From a virus: a DNA stretch of 64,000 bases. A model generated the notes under the pieces. That model did no database searches and was not told where the DNA came from. It saw only the letters and a program-made list of their open reading frames with translations. The translations under genes and the position numbers were made by a program. The stretch is taken from UHGV virus genome UHGV-1558314; one strand, given 5' to 3'. Positions 57,967 to 64,000 of this stretch are shown piece after piece (within the stretch, counting starts at the first letter, position 1; the number at the start of each line of letters is the position of its first letter).

Positions 57967-59682
57967 TCAAATCCAGCCGTAGTCGCTGTGGATAGCGAAG
58001 GTGAGGTAAGCCAACTCGGGATACATACCCGTCTCCGCGAGAGCGTAATCCGACTCAATCAGCAACTTTGGCGCTGCTGTTCCTTCGGCTGTTAATTCCA
58101 CACTTGATGCAAGGTCATATGGCATGAATACACATCCCTGGTTGACATTCTCTACGTCAACACCGTCAGCAGTCTTGTTCGTACGAAGAACGAGAACAGT
58201 GTTGTCGTTCAGCGGCTGCTTAGGATTGCAATAGATTTTAATGCCAGCAAGGTCACCTGCGTAATACAGGTTTTTGTTGTCCTGTACCAGCGTATTGTCA
58301 AGAGCTGCAACAAAGTTTTTCTGAGCCTTAATTGCAACCAAGGCAATCGTATTGACCACAGCAGCATCACCAGCACCGAAACGCGACAGGTTGCCAATGA
58401 TTGCCGAAGCAGCCAGGATACGCGTTGCGATACGAGCCTGACGGGTAATCTGGTTCTCAGCCGAGCTGTTCGATTCAGCGTTCGGAACCATGCCGAATTC
58501 AGCCGTACGGTCTACACCCATCTTGTCGACAAATGCAGGAGCTTGGAATTCCGAGAATGCCTTGGCAGTCGAACCAGCGTAGCCAATGTACAAGTTCAGG
58601 TTGTAGCCCTGAGCAGCCAACAGCTGAGCATGTGTCGTAACACCAAGTGCACGCATGCGCTTCAGACCATTGTCATTGATTGACTGCGTGATTTCATTCT
58701 GCATTGCATTCTTGATGATTGCAACTGCATCCAAACCGCGAGCACGGAGGTCCTTAACCTGGCGACGAGTCAGAGCGCCCCAAGTCTGGTACGTCTTAAC
58801 TTCGATAGCCTTTGAGAAGGTGCGGAGCTCCAGCATGTTCGGGTTGCCAGCCTCAGCCTCAGAACGAGACATTGGGTTGCCGTCAAGGTCATCCATTGCA
58901 GCGAAGCCGTGGATGTGTTCGTCACCAGCCGAAACCAGGTCGAACATAACCTCAGTCATACCAGTCAGCAAGTCAGTTACAGCACCTGCAGCGTCAACCG
59001 AGTAGATTTTCGATGCAGCCATTGCAACATCAGCCAACGACTTGTCAGGAGCAACAGTCATTGCGCCACCTGCGCCTACAGTGTACACGCCCTCATTGCG
59101 AACTACGAGGTAGCCTGCAACACGCGATACCTGTACAAACGTTACTTTGGCAGCAAGCTCACCAGCAGCTGAACCGCCGATGTACAGAACTTGACCCTTC
59201 TTGAGGCCACGAACCATTGTCTGCGAAGCAACATTGTACAGTTCCTTCCACTTGATGAGGAAGTAGCGAGGACCCTTGGCAACATTCAGCTTGCCGCCAC
59301 CATACACGTAGTCTACATAGTCCAGCTGAACCAGCGGGCTGTAAACAGGAATGGTCGGGAGCAGGTCGAACAGAATCGTGTTGGCTGCGATGTTCATGTT
59401 CAGAGCCAGAACATTGGCAGCTACATCGATTGAACCACGCTTACGCGACGGGTCATGGAACTGTGCTTGCGTGCCTGGGTCAGCAGGGAAAGCGACCGGA
59501 CCTACGCCATTGAGATTCTGCGAATACGTCGACTCAAACGACTCGTTCATATACTGAACGTTCTGAGCGATTGATGCGAGCAGATACTTCTTAGCGGGCG
59601 AGAGCTTGGAGTCAAACGACTCATCAAGAACAGGGCCCCACTTTTTCAGCAATGCATCAATCTGTGTACGTTTTGCGTTCAT
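57967..59682 (-). CDS. major capsid protein (T4 gp23-like)
   Basis: Several segments resemble T4 gp23 as recalled from memory (DALLKKWGPVLDES vs ELLNKWKPLLEGEG; ...IPVYSPLVQLDYVDYVYG; FSKAIEVKTYQ...AVAIIKNAMQNEI); nucleotide composition visibly more GC-rich than neighbours, consistent with a highly expressed gene. Confidence 0.8.
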   Translation of the reverse strand: MNAKRTQIDALLKKWGPVLDESFDSKLSPAKKYLLASIAQNVQYMNESFESTYSQNLNGVGPVAFPADPGTQAQFHDPSRKRGSIDVAANVLALNMNIAANTILFDLLPTIPVYSPLVQLDYVDYVYGGGKLNVAKGPRYFLIKWKELYNVASQTMVRGLKKGQVLYIGGSAAGELAAKVTFVQVSRVAGYLVVRNEGVYTVGAGGAMTVAPDKSLADVAMAASKIYSVDAAGAVTDLLTGMTEVMFDLVSAGDEHIHGFAAMDDLDGNPMSRSEAEAGNPNMLELRTFSKAIEVKTYQTWGALTRRQVKDLRARGLDAVAIIKNAMQNEITQSINDNGLKRMRALGVTTHAQLLAAQGYNLNLYIGYAGSTAKAFSEFQAPAFVDKMGVDRTAEFGMVPNAESNSSAENQITRQARIATRILAASAIIGNLSRFGAGDAAVVNTIALVAIKAQKNFVAALDNTLVQDNKNLYYAGDLAGIKIYCNPKQPLNDNTVLVLRTNKTADGVDVENVNQGCVFMPYDLASSVELTAEGTAAPKLLIESDYALAETGMYPELAYLTFAIHSDYGWI

Positions 59683-59770
59683 GATTGAATTTGTTTGTTA
59701 TTGAAAGTGAAACATATATTTCTGTATAATATGTATAGAACTACTGATATTGATTGAATTGTGAAAATGG

Positions 59771-61060
59771 TCATTTTTCAATCTTTTTGAGCAATGCATG
59801 ACCGCAATCATAGACTTCGACGAAGCCTGAAGCAATCAATGAGTCAACATCTATAGAAGACGTTCGTATAATATGTTCGTGTGTCTTGATATTGTATAGA
59901 TGACACTGAACCCATGTTTTGACGACTTCATAATTTGGATACAATCGAGGGTCTTCTTTTGACAAATCAAGTTCTATGACATCATCAGTTTTGAGCTGCT
60001 CAGTTTTGTTTATGACATCTCTAATGTGCAGCAACATATCATATCTACAATCCCAGTCAAATATTGTTATACATCGATAGCCATTGCGTGCTGCAACATC
60101 TGTTTTGAATTTGTGAGCATACGCAGGTTTGGCGTCATTATCAACAGAATGCCCAGTTATGTAACCAAAGCCCTTTGTTGCATTGTGTGTAACAGTTGGA
60201 TTGATTTCAATTACAACAGCATCTTTTCGCAAATCATATAACAAGTTCTCAATAGGATGCTCAGTAACAAAATCAAGATTGCAAGAATGTTTCAAATCCC
60301 ATTGCCACGACATATTGATGTTTGATGTCAACCTTGCAGATGCTTGCGGCAATTGCAATGCATGTTCTACACCATAGCGTTCACGTAATGTTGCATGAGC
60401 CCTTTGCATATTTTGCATTGCGGGACCCCAATGCTCAAATTTTGTAGCATTTATCTTTGCAATTTTGTCTGGTAGCTTATTTGTACTATCTACACCATAT
60501 TTAATAAGACAACTGATGCGAATATTGTATTGTCGTTTTATTCGAGAATGTGACGTAGCACATCTACTAAATCGTTCAAATGGTGTTGATGCAATCAATG
60601 CATCTCGTTCTGACTCAAGAGCTTTGACATGTTCAAGCACTTCTGCTGGTACATTATCATAGTCAATCACATATTGCTGACGTGGTTGCGTTACATGAGT
60701 TTTGCCGTGTGTCTTAAGCTTATTGATTTGTATGCTATACTTTCTGCGTATATGTGGATGTCTTGATGCATCAGATTGCGCAATTTCATGCTCTCGTTGC
60801 TCTTCAAGTTTAGCTATTTGCTCAACAATAGCTGGTTCAATGTCTGGTTTGTCTGATATGACTATGTTTTTAAGCTCATCAAGACGCTTGTTGAGATATT
60901 TGACACGTCTTGTATATGTTATCTTTGCAACTTGATGGTTTGTATGATGCTTGCCTACTTGCTGTTCTGGTTGATTCAGCGTGTCATCAAGGCGTTGCTT
61001 AGCGAGCTCAAATTCATTATCAAGCCATGCTTTATGCGCATCAAATTCATCTTGTGTCAT
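59771..61060 (-). CDS. paralog family member E
   Basis: N-terminal coiled segment plus VIEINPTVTHNAT, CITIFDWD, FVEVYDCGH. Confidence 0.6.
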   Translation of the reverse strand: MTQDEFDAHKAWLDNEFELAKQRLDDTLNQPEQQVGKHHTNHQVAKITYTRRVKYLNKRLDELKNIVISDKPDIEPAIVEQIAKLEEQREHEIAQSDASRHPHIRRKYSIQINKLKTHGKTHVTQPRQQYVIDYDNVPAEVLEHVKALESERDALIASTPFERFSRCATSHSRIKRQYNIRISCLIKYGVDSTNKLPDKIAKINATKFEHWGPAMQNMQRAHATLRERYGVEHALQLPQASARLTSNINMSWQWDLKHSCNLDFVTEHPIENLLYDLRKDAVVIEINPTVTHNATKGFGYITGHSVDNDAKPAYAHKFKTDVAARNGYRCITIFDWDCRYDMLLHIRDVINKTEQLKTDDVIELDLSKEDPRLYPNYEVVKTWVQCHLYNIKTHEHIIRTSSIDVDSLIASGFVEVYDCGHALLKKIEK

Positions 61061-61127
61061 ATGTGTGTGTAGTGCTTGTTAATCATGTTATATATCATAT
61101 GACAAATTACTACTTTGCATATAACAA

Positions 61128-61154
61128 AAAAGAAGCCAAGTCGTTTTGACTTGG
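61128..61154 (-). terminator. rho-independent terminator
   Basis: gaagccaagtc / gacttggcttc preceded by a6 on the plus strand (T-run on minus). Confidence 0.55.
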
Positions 61155-61189
61155 CTTCAAATTATTCTAACTTATTGATAGTTAATAAG

Positions 61190-61765
61190 TTAAAATTGAG
61201 AACCTACGACACGTGGCACTGCAAGTTCGCTGGTAAGAACGGCTTGACAAGTGTAAATGTCGTCACTATTCTTGTCATGTGAATCGACTGCGCTGATAGG
61301 ACCCTTAGGGAATCCATTCTTGTACGACGTTACTCTCCAGGCTGTTCCAACCTGATTATTTTCAACGAGAATCCAAGAACCCACATAGTTTTTCTTGAGA
61401 CCCATGGCTCCCGTGAGAGGATTCCTGCGTTTCGCATTCCAACTTTGGAATGCATTGTAAATCACAGGGTCATTGGTGTCTGGTCCATGCAAGTTCAGAT
61501 TCATTGTGATAGTCAGGTTGTGAATGTTGCTGACTGTCAATGCTGAGAACTGACGAGACTGATTTTGCGCAACTTTTTGTGAAACCACATCAGGCGCATT
61601 GTCAAGTGTGCCCAAACCTGAAATTGACTGAATTTGCTCATCAATTGTATCTGGAATCACAACGCCTGCAGGTGGCATAAGTGTGAGCTCGAACAATGAA
61701 CTGAACACGGGTTCAGCATATTCGGCAGTCACTTCGCTGTTTTTGATATGCGGTAACTTCGGCAT
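61190..61765 (-). CDS. hypothetical virion-associated protein
   Basis: 191-aa ORF in the structural neighbourhood; no confident match. Confidence 0.45.
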   Translation of the reverse strand: MPKLPHIKNSEVTAEYAEPVFSSLFELTLMPPAGVVIPDTIDEQIQSISGLGTLDNAPDVVSQKVAQNQSRQFSALTVSNIHNLTITMNLNLHGPDTNDPVIYNAFQSWNAKRRNPLTGAMGLKKNYVGSWILVENNQVGTAWRVTSYKNGFPKGPISAVDSHDKNSDDIYTCQAVLTSELAVPRVVGSQF

Positions 61766-61806
61766 GATTGTAATGTGTTATTAAATTGTTCTTGTTTTGT
61801 TATGCG

Positions 61807-62556
61807 TCATCGTACAGTGAATGACTTATCATCATCTTCTGTAGTAGTCGGGTCATCAATTACATCGTGGCCAATGCCTGACTCTGGTTCTGGTTCTGGT
61901 TCCGGTTCCGGTTCCGGTTCTGGTTCTGGTTCCGGTTCTGGTTCCGGTTCTGGTTCCGGTTCTGGTTCCGGTTCTGGTTCCGGTTCTGGTTCAGGTTCTG
62001 GTTCCGGTTCCGGTTCTGGTTCTGGTTCCGGTTCTGGTTCCGGCTTGGGCTCTGGCTTGGGCTCTGGCTTGGGCTTCGATGAATAATCAAACATCTTATG
62101 AATCCATTTGCACCACCATTTGCGACATACATGTGTGCCATCATGATAATACGCTTGCAGCTCCATTGGAATTGCATGATATGCTTTGTCATGTGACATA
62201 CCTTTGAATACTCGCAAGTACACATAGCACAAGCAATATGCAATGTAGTACATAAGCGGTGATGCAAGCAGCCACCACCAGCTAAGCACATTGCATGCTG
62301 CAAGCACAATAAGTACAAGCAACGTCGCAAGTGTTACGAAGATGAATTGCTTTGCATGCACAGCTTCATGCTTCAATGTCTCAGAATATCTACTAAGTGT
62401 GTCATCATATGACTTATCACTTCTTATGAAGCACATTGCACACAACGACATTGCATAATAATGTGAAAATGGAATGTATGGCTGGTCGATGACAAGCATT
62501 GGTCCAGCAAACCACAGTCGCCACTGAGATTTCTTTGGCAGTGTTGCAGTTTTCAT
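61807..62556 (-). CDS. membrane protein with HExxH metallopeptidase-like motif and C-terminal (EP)n repeat
   Basis: HEAVHAKQ motif, hydrophobic segments, and about 60 residues of KPEPEPEP... encoded by a hexanucleotide repeat. Confidence 0.5.
   Translation of the reverse strand: MKTATLPKKSQWRLWFAGPMLVIDQPYIPFSHYYAMSLCAMCFIRSDKSYDDTLSRYSETLKHEAVHAKQFIFVTLATLLVLIVLAACNVLSWWWLLASPLMYYIAYCLCYVYLRVFKGMSHDKAYHAIPMELQAYYHDGTHVCRKWWCKWIHKMFDYSSKPKPEPKPEPKPEPEPEPEPEPEPEPEPEPEPEPEPEPEPEPEPEPEPEPEPEPEPEPEPEPEPESGIGHDVIDDPTTTEDDDKSFTVR
61883..62085. repeat. hexanucleotide simple-sequence repeat (ggttc[ct])n inside a CDS
   Basis: About 200 bp of ggttctggttccggttcc... encoding (EP)n on the minus strand; the plus-strand GS-repeat ORF is its frame artefact. 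Confidence 0.85.
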
Positions 62557-62619
62557 AAAATGATGTTTATTGTTGATGATGAAGACTGAAGAGCTTTGGC
62601 TCTTCAGTCTATCAATTTG

Positions 62620-64000
62620 CTACTCTGCAGATGCGCCTTGCAGTGACAATGTTGTACGATGTACACCAATTCGAATGCCTTGAGCATTGATAATTTCAGT
62701 GTCAAGTACAATGAATCCGCGAGCAATCGTTTCATCATCATTGTTGCTGCTATCACAGACATTCGTGTACGAAACTGCGCCACCGGCTGCAACGATGCCA
62801 TCCATGAAATTGTCTGCTTTAGTCTTAACCTGCAAACGAACATTTGCAGTGTTTCGCTTGTACTGGGCAGACTTCAAGTATGGCTCGATGTTGTCAGCGA
62901 CGTAGATGAGCAACTCGAGATTTTCGATGTAGCTGAATGCGCTGGTGTAAGCTACTTGTGCAGAACGAGATGTCAGCATTGTGATGACGCCTTGGTCTGA
63001 ACGAGCAAGCATATTCCAACCTGCAGGTTCAAGGTCATCCATATCAGACCCTTCACCTTGTGAGACAATCATGTCAATGTCGGTTACGCCAACACCAGAC
63101 AGTGGCCACTCATCACCAGCAACGACGTCAAAGACATGCTTGCCTGCTTCTATATGCTTTCTCATGAAGACATTCGACAAGATACCTGTTGCAGGAATCG
63201 TCATATCATCAATGCCATCATTGTAGCGAACATTGGCTACATATGTGATGAACGGTGCGCCATCAGTTTGACCTGCGAAGCTGAACAACTTGCTGTATGG
63301 TTTATCGGTGTTACCACCTGCAGCACAGTACTTAGACTCAATTGGGTCACCTGCATTGTCCTTGAAGTACGGGTCAGTTGAGCGGAACAAGTCATACTTG
63401 GTTGGCAGAGCAGAGAATGCGATTGCACGTTTTGAATCATTGCAAATCTTTGCAAACTCGTACTTTTGATTTGCTGCAATGTATGTCTTGAATGGGTCAA
63501 CTACGTAACGCCATTGACATTGATTGTGGTCCATCAAGCTACGATAAACGCCGCCTGAAATGAGAGCTTGCAGTACTTCTGTCTGACGTGCAGATGTGCC
63601 ATCAACAAATTGAGTTGCACGAAGAGCTACGCCATGCAGATATGCGCCCTTGAAGAACTTAACTTGGTCAACAAGCTTCGTCAATGACCAAACAGACGCC
63701 TGCGAGGCGTACTTCATCATTGAGCCATCTGCAAGTTCAAATTCGCCTTCAGCACCCGCAGCTTTGTATGCCAATGCACCAGTGAATTGATATTCAATCA
63801 ACACTTTGTTTTCTGCAAATGCATCGTAGACATTCTTCTTCTCAAGTGGCGACAAATCAGCTTCAGTGATTGTGATTGGCATGCCACCATACTTGAGCGG
63901 CTTATCCAACGGCAGACCATTAGAATCATATTCAACAAGGTCACCACCATATGAAATTGTCTCACCTGCAGCTCTTGCTTTACGAGCTTTCGTTGATGAA
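62620..64000 (-). CDS. hypothetical structural protein, 5'-partial at window edge
   Basis: ORF-track start at 63909 is a TTG codon and the reading frame stays open upstream to the window end. Confidence 0.5.
   Translation of the reverse strand, partial: SSTKARKARAAGETISYGGDLVEYDSNGLPLDKPLKYGGMPITITEADLSPLEKKNVYDAFAENKVLIEYQFTGALAYKAAGAEGEFELADGSMMKYASQASVWSLTKLVDQVKFFKGAYLHGVALRATQFVDGTSARQTEVLQALISGGVYRSLMDHNQCQWRYVVDPFKTYIAANQKYEFAKICNDSKRAIAFSALPTKYDLFRSTDPYFKDNAGDPIESKYCAAGGNTDKPYSKLFSFAGQTDGAPFITYVANVRYNDGIDDMTIPATGILSNVFMRKHIEAGKHVFDVVAGDEWPLSGVGVTDIDMIVSQGEGSDMDDLEPAGWNMLARSDQGVITMLTSRSAQVAYTSAFSYIENLELLIYVADNIEPYLKSAQYKRNTANVRLQVKTKADNFMDGIVAAGGAVSYTNVCDSSNNDDETIARGFIVLDTEIINAQGIRIGVHRTTLSLQGASAE

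Noticed and set aside
61775-62086. Plus-strand ORF encoding a (GS)n repeat
   Set aside because: It is the alternative-frame reading of the hexanucleotide repeat that encodes (EP)n in the minus-strand gene 61807..62556, and is not an independent gene.
1-64000. Integrase, transposase, IS elements or rRNA genes
   Set aside because: No tyrosine or serine recombinase motifs, DDE transposase signatures, terminal inverted repeats with target duplications, or rRNA-like sequence were recognised.

Overview
This window reads as a segment of a large virulent tailed dsDNA phage with a T4-like core gene set. Almost every gene is on the minus strand, in short operons separated by hairpin terminators and a recurring two-part promoter-like motif. 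Recognisable genes include terminase large subunit, a gp23-like major capsid protein, gp44-like clamp loader, topoisomerase II large and small subunits, an RNase H-like 5' nuclease, NAD-dependent DNA ligase, DHFR, dNMP kinase, ribonucleotide reductase, an M15 endolysin with an adjacent holin-like gene, and a cluster of at least 7 minus-strand tRNAs. The most interesting features are: (1) a five-member paralogous gene family with tandem basic repeats and a conserved C-terminal domain, placed between core genes like homing endonucleases; (2) a mini-intein splitting the NPCGE active site of the ribonucleotide reductase; (3) a sugar-nucleotide-type module (SIS isomerase, fused nucleotidyltransferase/kinase, HAD phosphatase) next to the dNMP kinase, possibly for DNA hypermodification; (4) a HAD phosphatase gene broken by a frameshift in a 4-nt homopolymer; (5) a lipoprotein with a retropepsin-type DTGA active site. 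All calls rest on reading the six-frame translations and the sequence by eye; no database search or tRNA/motif software was run, and some ORF-track starts are non-ATG, so start coordinates are approximate.
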